Positions 39,109 through 52,232 of a stretch of 64,000 bases of DNA are shown piece after piece. Origin of the DNA: Leucoraja ocellata. Taxonomy: Eukaryota. The position numbers and the translations under genes are program-made. The notes below the pieces were generated by a model. The model was not told where the DNA came from. It saw only the letters and a program-made list of their open reading frames with translations, and did not search any database. The stretch is taken from NCBI GenBank assembly GCA_036785375.1, contig JAWMAR010000603.1, positions 682,001-746,000 on the forward strand, written 5' to 3'. Within the stretch, counting starts at the first letter, position 1; every line of letters begins with the position of its first letter.

Positions 39109-42100
39109 GCAATTTACTGCAGCTGCTGGAAACTACCCTGGTGATTAAAGTGCTGGAGCAACTCGGCTCGTCAGGCAACATCTCCCGAGGGCAGGGATAG
39201 GCGACTTTTCAGATCAGGACCATTCATTTGAAATTATCTTGTGATTAGTCTTTTGCTCAGTGCAGGGAAAAAAAGATCCAAAAAGAAGTTGGTGACAAAA
39301 CATGGTAAAAGCAGCCAATTTTAATTATTTAAATCCACCCCCATCTCCCCAAAAAGGATCCTGTTCAGGAACCATATGCCTTAATGACAATTGGAGATAA
39401 TATTTGTTTTATCTGCAAGAGTTTTGTTTCCTAACACAGTGCAAAAAATGGAAATGAAGTTAATTTGCACTTGCTGAAAAATGAATTATGCAATCTAGTA
39501 TAATTAATCTGGTTATAGAAAGCATTTTATTATAAAGAAGTACATAAATCAGAGGAGCAGCAGGTTTAATTATTTCCCCCCAAGGACTGTGCTGAAATGT
39601 AGCCAATCACTGGGAAGCAATAGCTAAATACATTCATAAAGCAAAGACAGGCATCAGCTGCACAGTCTGGCTCCAATTTTCTAGTGGAAGGTGAAGTAAA
39701 AACTTGTCAGCCCACTATGCAACCTCTTAATCTCACTGTTTATTCCAGGCTTCATTAAAATCAATCTCCACTGTTTGGGCTGTCACTCAGGCCGAGCTCA
39801 GTGTCCTGCTGTCCACCTTCCCCTGAGAACATCCTTCATTCTGATAAATGGTCTGTTACTTGTACTGAGGCCGAGAGGAGAATGATCTTGCAATTGAGGA
39901 GATGGAAGGGGACAGCTTCCCTCAAAAGTCCCTGAGTAGAATATGATAACAGTTTGTGGAGAAAGACCTGTCAGGCAGAAATAAGTTTGGTAGCAACACG
40001 AAAATCAAATAATTGAGTCCTTCACTGCTGTAATAGTGACACAGTGAAGCAGAACAAGATGCACAGATGGCAAGTTCACTCCCAAGTTTGGTCTTGGGAG
40101 CACAGCACAGAGGTGAGATATCACGCATGAGATATATTAACAGGAAAACAAACTAACAAAAACTGAAAACTGAAAGTTTCCCTCTTGAGAAAATACAAAC
40201 TAAAATTTAAAAAGTACGGTTCTCAGATATGAAATCAATATTATTTTTGCAAACAGAAGTCAATGGCTTCTTGCTTTAATGGATTTTGTGCACAAAGTCA
40301 GCCAGAATAGTTAAATAAAAAACAGAAGATGCTAGAAATACTCAGTGGTCAGGCATTAGCTATATAGTTAATTAACTATGTAGTCAGAACCAGAATTAAT
40401 TACTCTTTGGTTGTATTGGAAAGTTACAGTCATTCAAATGTTAAGTAAGCGTAGAGACAGGGAAAGCAAAGAAGAAAGATTAAAAAGATAGGGTTGAAGA
40501 TAGAATGTTCAATTACTACAGGATAATAATGAAGGGTGTCATCTCTGAGTTCAATTGAACTGGAGTCTGGATGGCATTGCTGTTCGATTCTTCACGGAAC
40601 ATATGCTCTGGTACTTTTTTTATACAATGTGTGACAATAGCAGTGATTTTTTTGCCTCATCAAATGTGTTGTTTGCCTTTGAGACCACCAATTATCCTAT
40701 TAAATATTATATTATCAGATTAACAATAAAATTGAAAAACTGAGATACAGATAGGAACTGTTGTTAAACAGCATCTGCAAAGAGAAGATGATAGCCAGTA
40801 ATCTCATGTTCACCTTACAGATCAGGCGAAGAAAGATGAAATTAAGAGAAGGAAGCAGTGAGATACTGGAATCATATTCACTTCAGGAATGCTGAATGAC
40901 GTTTATCATAATAGCAGATTCATTTAATAGCACCAACAATTGTTTAATACCTGGGGCTGCTACATCCTGAGGTTCCACACCCTTGGAAGCAAAACCTCTC
41001 TACTACAGCCTCTGTTACATTCTCTTTCCTCTTTCTCATTTATTAATACTGTTAAGATTAATTCTTATGAATGTTCTAAATAATTTCAAATATGGCATGT
41101 TGTGTACTGTCTCTATCCTTGCACCCTCTCGGTATAGAAATCAACACTCGTTTCACTGTTTCAGCTTTCCTTAGCTCTCTACAATGCTAAACTCGTTTTC
41201 TTCAAACTTGTACATCTCCCATAAGTCTGTTTAGTATCATTAAATCATAATTAATCACTTTTACCTAATTTACTGTCCTATGAATAATTTTGATGCTTCA
41301 ACTCTGATTCATAATGTGGGAGAAACAACCTTCTGCAGAACAGAGTATTGTTATGTAAAAGTTCTGGTTTTTGTATTTGGCTCTCTTCAGAACAGAAGCA
41401 ATTTTGTCATCAATTGTTCTGAATAGTCTAATAAAACCTTAGACTTTTAGAAGACATGGAAGAATTAACATGAGTAATCTAGATAGACATTGTTTGGGTA
41501 ACTTATAAATGTCAGGCTGTGTCCTTTGCCGCCAGTCTCTAAAACTGTCCGCCACTACTTGTTCATTGGTTGAAAGTATCTGTTACGTCACAAACAATTT
41601 TGTCTCCAACAAGACTATTGATGAAATGCTCCAAATCAGGAAGAACATTACAAATTGATTAATATTACTGCATCATCCAGAAGAAAAAGCACAAGGTAAT
41701 AATAGCATTTCCCAGGAATAAAACCAGGACTGAGGAAGAAGTTTCACCATTATCTACTTTATTGGATTATCATTCATATTTTGCTCCAGAGTGAATTGTT
41801 TAGTGGGCTATGATTTCTCCTAGACTGGCACAAACCATAAGGACTACAAACTTTATGTCAATGGGAATATACTTGTTTGACTTTATTTATTTTCTTCTTT
41901 TTGCCAGCTCTTCTGACAAACAAAAGATAAAGATGCAAACAGCGATTTTCTTGTGCTATCACCAGTAGCCAACTCCTTTCTGGAAGGTGGGTCAACATTT
42001 ACTTTTAAAAATATATCTGGAATTATTTTTACATTAATTATAAAGAAATTAAATAATTTCAAGTTAAAAAAAACGCACACACAAATACCATTGATCTCAC

Positions 42101-44499
42101 ATCCTAACTCCTACCCTGCACAATAGATACAGTATCCAACAGTTGTCTTGTATATCTCAAACACATTTGCCTCTATTAATTAATACAAAGTATTTTAAGT
42201 TTTCTTTACTTCAATATACAAAACCCAGAGCATGGTTTAACAATTTGTAGCTGCAATCCACTAATCAACTTGAAATCAAACTTATATTTATTATTTTGGA
42301 ACCTCTGGACAAAAGAAACTGCACCAAGACACTCGCAGTCTGCTTTTTTTTTTCATTTCTCCCAAGTCAGTCATCATGTACAAAAGCTTGATCATTCATC
42401 TTCCAGGTCTTGCATGTCCCTCTCCAGCCATAATCGTGAGACTGACCCTAGCTTTGGTAAAAATGTAAAATTATACAAGTAATTGCATTTGAATGCAGCC
42501 TGACCACAGATCCATATTCCTTGGCCATTTTACTTTGTCTAGCAGCAATCGCAGATGTTAAATGGGGGCTCTATTTGCACTCCTGGAGATAACATCTCCC
42601 CAAACTCAAAAGTACTCATTAATTAAGGATCTTGGTGATTTATTTATTCCATTGAATACAATGCTGAACTTGTGTGCATTGGTCTATATACTAGATTTGT
42701 CTGGAATTTTGTGTCATTCTTCATGTACCTTTTATTCTTCCTAAGTATTATTTTATCTATTTATTTCACTATCAATTTCAATATAGGCAGTGTATTTCTG
42801 TAACCTGACCAAAAAGTTCAAAAGGTCCTAGTTCCAATCTATGGGCACTCTACTTGGTATATTACTACACTCCCTAATTAGTTATATCGGATTGCTTTGG
42901 ATCTATCGGATGTTTTTTTTAATTTAATTCACTTCCACAATGTCATGGAGTTTTTAAAGCTCAATTTGGATATTACATCCTCAGAAAGGTCAAGGAGATT
43001 GGTGAGACAAGTTCTATTATATCATAGATTGTTTTGTCTGTCACTTACTAAATTTGTTACACAAAGATACTCCTTATCCTTGTTCCGAATTAAATCTATT
43101 TTTACAATTCCTAATCTAAAGTTGTTTAGTATATGATCTTTCAAGAAATTGGATTTTTTTTTCAAACCAGTAAAGTTGTGTGTTCTTTGACTGTCTCAAG
43201 GTGATTCTCCTTTAGTGAATGTCGAGTATTATTCAGATTCAGAACTTTGCGTGTTAAGGCAAATTTTGGGAATGCTAATGATTTGCTGATTTAATTGTGG
43301 AAAATGTATAGAATGAGTTTTGGTTTTGATGAACTTAAATTAAACCCTTCTAATTCAAATTCTGTGGATACCAAGAGTAGTTATTTTCAGCTGCTCCTAC
43401 TTATGGTATCTTCCTGTATATTGTACATCTTTGATAGAACAGCACAACATTCCATCATAGCATAAAAGCACATAGCAACCAGTGCAAATTTAATAATGAT
43501 CTCTATTGCGTTGAAGAATATCCTGGAGTATTGAATATTTTTGTTACTATTTTTAATTGCCTGTTTTCCCTAATTGTACAGTGTCCAAATATTACCTCTT
43601 TCTTTTGTTTCTGCTTTGATATAAATAATTAAAACCAACTTCCTGCAACAACAGGTTATATTCTTGTTATGGAATGCTCAAAGGCACAATTACTCTTCCA
43701 TTTTCAATACGACTGATTACAGTTATTCAAACAACCTTATTAATTTAATCAAAGCATAGTATACACTGCATAAAGTTAAGGGACATGTTCTGTTTAGGCA
43801 AATTTCTTACTTCACACAGATTTAGATGTTACACCTTATTTTGACCTATTTGATCTTTGCAAACGAGAAAGGCGTTTTCAAGGAATCTATCGCAATTACA
43901 CACAATTGGATTAAAAATGACAAATGTTCTTAGTTTCTTTCAATAACCTTACGTCTTCTGTCATGATGTGGTACGAGCAAGGAAGTAAATACAATGGATG
44001 GTGTAAACAGAAGCATTGGCATCTGTATACAGAGAAACATAGTTTGAGAGTGATAACTTTTCTTCAGATCAAATTTACTTGAGTGAGCATGTATTGGAAA
44101 GAGTTACATAGCAATATTATCCTAAACCGGAGAAATACATTGGAACACACAGAAGGAATCCCTTCTACATCATTCATGTTGTCATTTAATCTCTCCTAGC
44201 ATTCACGTAACACCGACATTTGCTTTTGTTTTATTCTTTATTTTGTCTATTTATGCAGCCACTTGTTTAAAATTATTCGATTTACTAGTTCTGATGAAAA
44301 ATTATAGACTAAAAATATTACGTTTGATTCCCTTTCCATAGTGTCTGACCTATCTAATAGGTTCAACATTTTCTAATTTTATTACAGGTATAGGTTTTCT
44401 TTGTGCAAAGGTTTCTATTTAATGTACAAAATATCTTGAATGAAAGCTAACAAGATTCAGAATGAAACTCACTACTTTTGAGGTGGATACAAACTATAA

Positions 44500-45432
44500 A
44501 AGTCAAGTCAAGTCAAGTTTATTTGTCACATACACATACGAGATGTGCAGTGAAATGAAAAGTGGCAATGCTCGCGGACTTTGTGCAAAAAGACAAACAA
44601 ACAAACAAACAAACAACCAAACAAACTACAAACAGAATGGAACAGATCACATATTCTTTTACATATTTAATATAATGGGCGGAAGGAAAAACGGAAAAAA
44701 ACAGCACTTTTTAAAAAAGCAATAGAGTGGTACAGTAAAGTTAGTCCCTGGTGAGATAGGAGTTTACAGTCCTAATAGCCTCTGGGAAGAAACTCCTTCT
44801 CAACCTCTCCGTTCTCACAGCATGGCAACGGAGGCGTTTGCCTGACCACAGCAGCTGGAACAGTCCATTGCAGGGGTGGAAGGGGTCTCCCATGATTTTA
44901 TTGGCTCTGGAGTTGCACCTCCTGATGTATAGTTCCTGCAGGGGGGCGAGTGAAGTTCCCATAGTGCATTCGGTCGAACGCACTACTCTCTGCAGAGCCT
45001 TCTTGTCTTGGGCAGAGCAATTCCCAAACCAGATTGTAATATTTCCAGACAAGCTGCTTTCCACAGCCGCTGAGTAGAAGCACTGGAGGATCCTCGGAGA
45101 CATTCTGAATTTCCTCAATTGCCTGAGGTGGTAAAGGCGCTGCCTTGCCTTACTCACGAGTGCTGCGGCGTGTGATGTCCATGTCATATCCTCAGAGATG
45201 TGGACTCCCAGGTATTTAAAACAGCTCGCCCTATCCACAGTATTCCCATTTATCCTCAATGGTGTGTACGTCCTCGGATGATGAGCCCTCCTAAAGTCCA
45301 TGATCTGCTCCTTAGTTTTTTTGATGTTCAAGAGGAGGCTGTTGTCCTGACCAGAGTGCCAGATCAGCCACATCCTCCCGGTAGGCCTTCTCATCGTTGT
45401 CTGAGGCCCACCACCACAGTGTCATCAGCAAA
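44500..45432 (-). mobile_element. Rex1/Babar-type LINE, 5'-truncated, relatively young
   Basis: FADDTVVVGL followed by LLLNIKKTKEQIMDFRR...FKYLGVHISEDMTW...KARQRLYHLRQL...FFPEAIR*; 3' end AATAAA plus (CTTGA)n tail. Confidence 0.88.
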
Positions 45433-45454
45433 CGCTGTTCCTGGATCATATTTT

Positions 45455-45720
45455 AGTTTAGTTTAGTTTTAGTTTAGAGGTACAGCGTGGAAACAGTTCG
45501 CACCGACCAGCGATCACCCTGTACACTAATACTATCCTACACACTAGGGACAATTTGCAATTCTTACCGAAGCCAAGTAGCCTACAAACCTGTACATCTT
45601 TGGAGTGTGAAAGGAAACCAGAGCACCCAGAGAAGATCCACTCTGTCTTGGGGAAAACGTACAAACTCCATACAGACAGCTCCTGTAGTCAGGATCGAAC
45701 CCGGGCTTCGGTTGCTATAA
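45455..45720 (-). mobile_element. tRNA-derived V-SINE (HE1-like)
   Basis: B-box cccgggttcgatcctg, V-domain tgtatggagtttgtacgttttcccc and (CTAAA)n tail. Confidence 0.8.
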
Positions 45721-46094
45721 AGTAACCCAAAGTAGATATCCTGGAAAACAATTTTTTCTCTGATATTCTGCAATAATAACAAGGAAACTGTCAATGGTCA
45801 TTATTATTATGGAGAAATTGGCCTGCAACATCTAACATTTGAATGTAAACTGTAAAATAAGAAGCAGGAGTCCATAATTGAAGTTCAATTTACCTTGTTC
45901 CTCAGTTAGCTTTATTTCATCAATAATTTGCTGGTAAACTTGGTTTTGTAGTACTTTTTTAACGATTTAGTCATTCTTAGTTAGTATCATGTATGGAAGG
46001 TTTAGGCCCTGGATATTAGTCCAGTGACCTAACTACCAGTTACCCACCAAACGCAGCAGATATTTTTAAAATATCCATCCAATTGCAAGTGGAA

Positions 46095-47656
46095 TAGACA
46101 CAAAATGCTGAAGTAACTCAGCTGGACAGGCAGCATCTCTGGAGAAAAGGAATGTGTGACATTTCGGGTTGAGACCCTTCTTCAGAATAGTCAGGGGAAA
46201 GGGAAATGAGCGATGTAGACAGTGATGTAGAGAGATATAGAACAAATGAATGAAAGATAAGCAAAAAAGTAACGATGATAAAGGAAACAGGCCGTTAGCT
46301 GTTTGCTGGGTGAGAACGAGAACCTGGTGTGACTTGGGTGGGGGAGGGATGGATAGAGAGGGAATGTAGGGTTACTGGAAGTAAGAGATATCAATATTCT
46401 TATCACTGGGTTGTAAGCTACCCAAGCAAAATATGAGATGCTGTTCCTCCAATTTGCATTTAGCCTCTCTCTAACAATGGAGGAGGCTTAGGACAGAAAG
46501 GTTAGTGTGGGAATGGGTAGGGGAATTAAAGTGTTTGAAACCGAGAGATCAGGTAGGTACAGGCAGACTGAGCGAAGGTGTTCAGCGAAATGATCGTCCA
46601 GTCTACGCTTGGTCTGGCCAATGAATACGAGTCCACATCTTGAACAATGGATACAGCAGATCAGGTTGGAGGAGATGCAGGTGAACCTCTGCCTAACCTG
46701 AATGGACTGTTGGGGTTCCTGGACAGAGTCGAGGGAGGAGGTATAGGGACAGGTGTTGCATCTCCTGCGATTGCAGGGAAAGGTACCTGGGGAGGGGGTG
46801 GTTTGGGTGAGAAGGGATGAGTTAACCAGGGAGTTGCGGAAGGAACGGTCTCTACGTAAGGCGGAAAGGGGCGGAGATGGGAAGATGTGACTCATGGTGG
46901 GATCCATAGGAGATGGCAAAAATGTCAGAGGATTACGTGTTCTATGCGACGGCTGATGGGGTGAAGGTTAAGGACTAGGGGGGCTGGTCCTGTAACGACT
47001 AGGGGGAGGGGAGCAAGGGCGGAGCTACGGGGTACTGAGGAAACATGTGTGAGGGCCTCATCTATGATGGAAGAGGGGAACCCTCTTTCCCTAAAGAATG
47101 AGGACATCTCAGATGTCCTGGTATAGGACACCTCATCTTGGGCACAGATGCAGGAAAAACGGTGGGAAGAAGTGTAGTTGAGATAGTTGTGGGAGCCAGT
47201 GGGTTTGTAGTAGACAGTCTATCTCCTGTAATAGAGACTGAGATCAAGAAAGGGGAGAGAGATGTCGGAGATGGTCCAAGTGAATTTGCGTGCAGGATGG
47301 AAATTGGTGGTGAAGTTGATGAAGTCCATGAGTTCTGCATGCATGCAGGAGGGAGCACCGATGCAGTGGTCAATGTAATGGAGATAGAATTCAGGGATAG
47401 GACCAGTGTATGCCTAGTGCAGGGATTGTTCGACCTACCCTACAAAGAGGCAGGCATAGCTGGGCCCCGTGAGAGTGCCCATAGCTACGCCTTTGACTTG
47501 GAGGAAGTGGGAGAAGTCGAAGGAGAAGTTATTAAGGGTGAGGATCAGCTCTGCTAGGCAGAGGAGAGTTGAGGGAAATTGGCTGGTTCTGCGGTCGAGG
47601 AAGAAACAGAGGGCTTTAAGGCCTTCCTGGCGGGGGGTGGATATGTAAGTGGGCAT
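46095..47656 (-). mobile_element. Penelope-like retroelement (RT + GIY-YIG), 5'-truncated and frameshifted
   Basis: LILTLNNFSFDFSHFLQVKGVAMGT...PSYACLFVG (PLE RT) and FPCNRRRCNTCP...QRFTCISSNLICCIHCSRCGLVFIGQTKRRLDDHFAEH (GIY-YIG). The 3' end carries a hammerhead-like motif. Confidence 0.92.
46158..46185 (-). ncRNA. minimal hammerhead ribozyme-like motif at the Penelope 3' end
   Basis: CTGAAGA-AGGGTCTCAACCC-GAAA-TGTC on the - strand. Confidence 0.55.
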
Positions 47657-48894
47657 TGGAAATCATAAAATTCTCTCTGAAAAATGAATCCTTAAAAATG
47701 TGTAATCTTCATCTATGTATTTTTTTAAAGATGAGCTTTAAAAATTTTCTGTCGCATTTGCTACTGCCTCGCTATTCTGTTATTCTTCTTTTATTTCATT
47801 TTCTCCCATTGTTGCATAATGAATTAAATATTCAAAAATACACTTTCTGCTTTAAGCTATGTTTGACTCAGTAAGGATTTGTGTATTTTACTGGTTGAAG
47901 AGAAGGTAAGCTTTTCCTAATCACATGTCCTAGATCTCCTGTTAACTCTCATCAACAGCAAGTTATTGTCCAAAACCATAAATGTTCTGCAGCTAGCCAT
48001 AAGCATAATAAACAGCCACATCATTTGTTCACTGTTGAATACCAGATAAAGGGCTTTGCTTTTCTTTGCCTCCACACACCCACTCCCTACAAAGTGATGT
48101 AATTGCATAGTTACATCACATTACCCAACAATGTAAGTGTTGGGGGGAATTGAGTGTTTCACCTGTACCCTGAATTTGGCTTTCACATGGGGCCCCAGTC
48201 GTCTTCTTAATTATACCTCATATTGGGCACCTACAAAGAGCATCTGGTAGAGCAGTGGTAAGTTTCTTAAACATGTTGGTTTATTCTAGGCCTTATCAGT
48301 ATGTCCAGGGAAACACTCTGAGAGAACCCAAGGTGTTTCAAAGATTCCCAGCACCCATGGTCTCTTATATTCTGTGCTTCAGTGGTGACATGCAGATGTT
48401 ACATTTTGGAAATAATTCAGTAGTCATCAATGCTTCTATGTAATCATTCATCCTTGTTTTATATCTCTTAGACTAGAGTATCCTTCAACTTTGTTTCCTC
48501 TTAATTAATTAACAAAATAACATCCTCCTATTAATTTGACAAATGGGTGTAATAAACCCTTCTAATCCGCTAACCTATTGAATTACTCCAGCATTTTGTG
48601 TCTGCCTTCGATTTAAACCAGCATCTGCAGTTTTTCCTACACACTTCTAATCTCATAATTAGTTTCATTGCCCTTAGCCTTGTTAACATCATTCTGTGTT
48701 TATCTTTACTCTATCTAGGCTTTGTAGTCTAAATACATCCTAAATCTATCTATTGCTTTTCCTAAAATGATTTATCTTCATATCTTCATTTATCTTCACT
48801 CTGATGGCCCTTTTTCCCTTCATACTTCCCAATATGTATACTCTTGGGTTATACCTATTACATAATTTCCAGCATTTCCTACATCAAATCATAA

Positions 48895-49200
48895 GGGCGG
48901 CACAGTGGCGCAGTGATAGGGTTGCTGATTTACAGCGCTTGCAGCGCCGGAGACCCGGGTTTGATCCCGACTACGGGGGCTGTCTGTACGGAGTTTGTAC
49001 GATGTTCCCGTGACGGTGGGCTTTCTTCGGTTTAATCCCACACTCCAAAGACGTACAGGTTTGTAGATTAATTGGCTTGGTATAAGTGTAAATTGTCCCT
49101 AATGTGTGTAGGATAGTGTTAATATGCGGGGATCGCTGGTTGGCGAGGACCTGGTAGGCCGTAGGGCCTGTTTCTGCGCTGTATCTCTAAAACTAAAACA
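48895..49200 (+). mobile_element. tRNA-derived V-SINE (HE1-like), near full length
   Basis: A-box tggcgcagtg, B-box gggtttgatcc, V-domain-like core and CR1-like tail gggcctgtttctgcgctgtatctctaaaactaaa. Confidence 0.85.
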
Positions 49201-51385
49201 AAAACGAAAAACCTTGCTTATGGCTCTTGACCATGCCCAAGTAAGGCATATTAAATAACACCATCTAACACACCTTCTAGAAGTAATGTTGTACTGTTTT
49301 GGCGTAATTTCAGGATCACATATGCAGACATCCACACACACACGCACAGACAGAATCACACACATAGAAACAAACAAGATGAGAGTTTTAGTAATATACT
49401 AGACCAAGTGAAACCCATTGGGTCCCTGTCACACAGGCGCGCACCTCAAGATGAGAGTTTTAGTAATATATAGATAGATATTTAAAATAAGCCAGTTTTC
49501 CTCATGTTACAATTCAGCATTGTAGTCATAAACCAATAAGATTAATTGACTTTACTTTAATTTGTTGAGTAATAGTTTGTGATAATAATGCTCCTTTAAG
49601 CATCAATTAGTTTAAATCTAGAGAATTATGTTGTGTGATCATTTATTTGCTCAAAACATTACTATAACCATGCCCCATGGGGTTAGATGTAGCACGTGAA
49701 AAATTACCATTATTAATGTTAAAAAAAGCAAAGTTTATTGTAATAATTCAGCCTATTCTCCAATTTTTTTTTAGATTGTACAATTAATTAATGTACAATA
49801 TGTGACTATAATTGTTTTGAGAGTTTTATCTATGTTCCACATTGCACACTGATATTTAAACATTAGAGAAAGGAACTACCCACCATAATTATCACGATTA
49901 TATACTGTATATTTAATCAAATATGTTACTAAGAATCTCTTAGAGACTCAAAACAATTCACCCTCAAATTATTACATAATTCATCAAGTCATCACTTCAT
50001 GAGAAAATGTTTGCAGATCCCTAGTGATACAAGAGCAGAAAACATTAAGTAAGTAATATTAATAGACTATTAGCTGTTAACCAGATATTAATAGTAATTT
50101 AATTCCAGTATCTCCTGAACATCAATTACATATGAAAACAAATCTGGACTGTTTTCTGGAAAAAAAACTATTATTTCTGCTTTAATTAATTTTGGCTCTT
50201 TAGTTCAATATGTATTCTGTCTGAAGAAATAAGCACTCATAAGGCTGCCAAGCCTTCAAAACACCGCTCTCTGACACTTTTGGAAACTGGACCAGAGGTA
50301 ATTTATCTATCCTCTACCTAGACATAACTAAAACTCTGATCTTGTGCTCTTCCGGTTTATATGGTTTTTCTATTTGCGCAAATATGGTACACGATAGTGC
50401 TATGATTTTTCGCCACCTTACACACCTGTGCTGCAGTGCAACAAGTTTTGTTCCAATCGGTGTCATATTGTAAAAGTTAGCGAGGTTTAAAAATCCTTCC
50501 TTTAACAGGGTGACCAGAAACATACAAAATCACGACTTAGTTTTCCCCTCCAAAACTCCTCATGGTCTTTCTGCTTACTGGAATAATTCTTCATCTTGGA
50601 GGTCATGTGTTTGAGTCTGTTTCTGCAATTACCCCATTTGAAGCCTGATAGAATGATGGATGTTGAATAGGGCAACAGGGCTTAGAAGCAAAAGATAATA
50701 TCGATCAAGCCCCAAAACTTAATAACCACATACAGTCAAGGAATTTATAATACACTTGTATCACGTATTGTACACTTGTCTATGGCAGTGCCATGTCCTC
50801 TAACACAGTAGGTCATGGATTTAATCCCTACCCACTTAAATATTCAAGTACTTCTGAAGCCTCCTTGTAAATTAAACAAATGCTTATTTTCCACCCCATA
50901 TATTAATTTTACACTGATATTTCAGAACTGTTCAAGTTCTGGAGTGGATATTGAATTCATGATCTACTTGTTTAAAGGGCAGCGTAATGTCAAATTAGAC
51001 AAGGGAAAAAACCCTGACTTTTTGCACTGTTCATGGGATTTAAGTTCTAGGGCTTTAATATTACAGCATTAGTGTAGTACCTTATCATTGTCACTATATT
51101 TTGGGGACGGTTAAATTGGGGTCCTGAACACCTAATCAAATAGATCTAAAAAGGCAATTTCTCAAAATGTTCAGAAAAGGAATGGGTGGCGTTTCGGGTT
51201 GAGACCTTACTTCTCGATCCAAAACGTCACCTTTTCCTGCTCTCCAGAGATGCTGCCTGTCCCGCTGAGTTATTCCAGTTGTTTGTGTCTATTCTTTGGT
51301 TTCTTTAGTCAGAGGGTGGTGAATCTGTGGAATTCTTTGCCACAGAAAGCCGTGGAAACATTTAAGGCAGAGATAGATAGATTAT

Positions 51386-51628
51386 TGTGTAGGGATGAAC
51401 TGCGGGTGCTGGTTTAAAACAGAAGACAGGCACAAAAGGCAGGAATAATTCAACGGGGGGGGGAGGGGGGTCAGGCATCATCTCTGGAGAGAATGAATAG
51501 AGCAAAGGGGGGGGGGGGGGGGAAAGACTGGAGTCTGAAGAAGGGTTTCGGCCCGAAACGTTGCCTATTTCCTTAGCTCCATAGATGCTGCTGCACCCGC
51601 TGAGTTTCTCCAGCATTTTTGTGTACCT
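51386..51628 (+). mobile_element. Penelope-end mini-element, copy 1 upstream of the MNS1 promoter
   Basis: Inverted-arm structure with a hammerhead motif; inserted in a CR1 3' end with tagatagatt on both sides. Confidence 0.75.
51535..51562 (+). ncRNA. minimal hammerhead ribozyme-like motif (core intact)
   Basis: CTGAAGA-AGGGTTTCGGCCC-GAAAC-GTT; palindromic AACGTT stem III; stem I is weak. Confidence 0.6.
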
Positions 51629-51919
51629 TAGAATTAGATAGATTCTTAGTTGTGGGGAGAAGGCAGGGGAATGGGGTTAGGAGGGAGAGATAGATCAGCC
51701 ACGGTTGAATGGCGGAGTAGACTTGATTGGCCGAATGGCCTAATTCTGCTCCTATCACTTACGATCATAAAGCAGCATCTGCAGTTCAGTTCCTTCCCAA
51801 CCCAGTGCTCGGCGCCTTCTGTTGAGTCTCGTTGCTGAGCAGCAACGGAATCCGCCTTCAAAATGCCGCCCGCAACCAATCACGGGCCTTGTTACTGGAC
51901 GGTGAGCGGGGCACCGGAT

Positions 51920-51933
51920 GTTTCCAGGGTAAC
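51920..51933. promoter_or_regulatory. RFX X-box
   Basis: GTTTCC-AG-GGTAAC matches the GTTNCCATGGNAAC-type consensus, about 80 nt upstream of the ATG of a ciliary gene. Confidence 0.75.
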
Positions 51934-52014
51934 CGCCGCTGCTCTGGAATTGTCTTGGCATCGCCGTCGAAGTTAGTGATCGATAAACTATTGCCCACGG
52001 TATCACTGTCCAAG

Positions 52015-52017
52015 ATG
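52015..52017 (+). CDS. MNS1: MNS1 exon 1 coding part (ATG only)
   Basis: caagATG|GTAAGT inside the CpG island; phase 0 joins exon 2. Confidence 0.82.
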
Positions 52018-52232
52018 GTAAGTGAGGCCCGGGAGAGCGTCGGCTCGGCACAGTGGCAGCTCCTGGGAATAATCGGGACACTTGCTGGATCTTTTGGCTG
52101 GTTCCTTTTTTTGAGGGGGACTGCGGAAGAGTTCCGATGGTTGCCCTGGGTATGGGTCACAAACCCCGATGGAGAAAATGCCCACGAAGCCCTCCAGTGC
52201 CACACCCATGGACCCGGACACCTCGTGTAAGA

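Larger units (their letters stand above)
51800..52230 (+). promoter_or_regulatory. MNS1: MNS1 CpG-rich promoter and first-exon region
   Basis: CpG-dense non-repeat island immediately around the ATG|GTAAGT; CCAATCA at 51876; X-box motifs. Confidence 0.8.
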
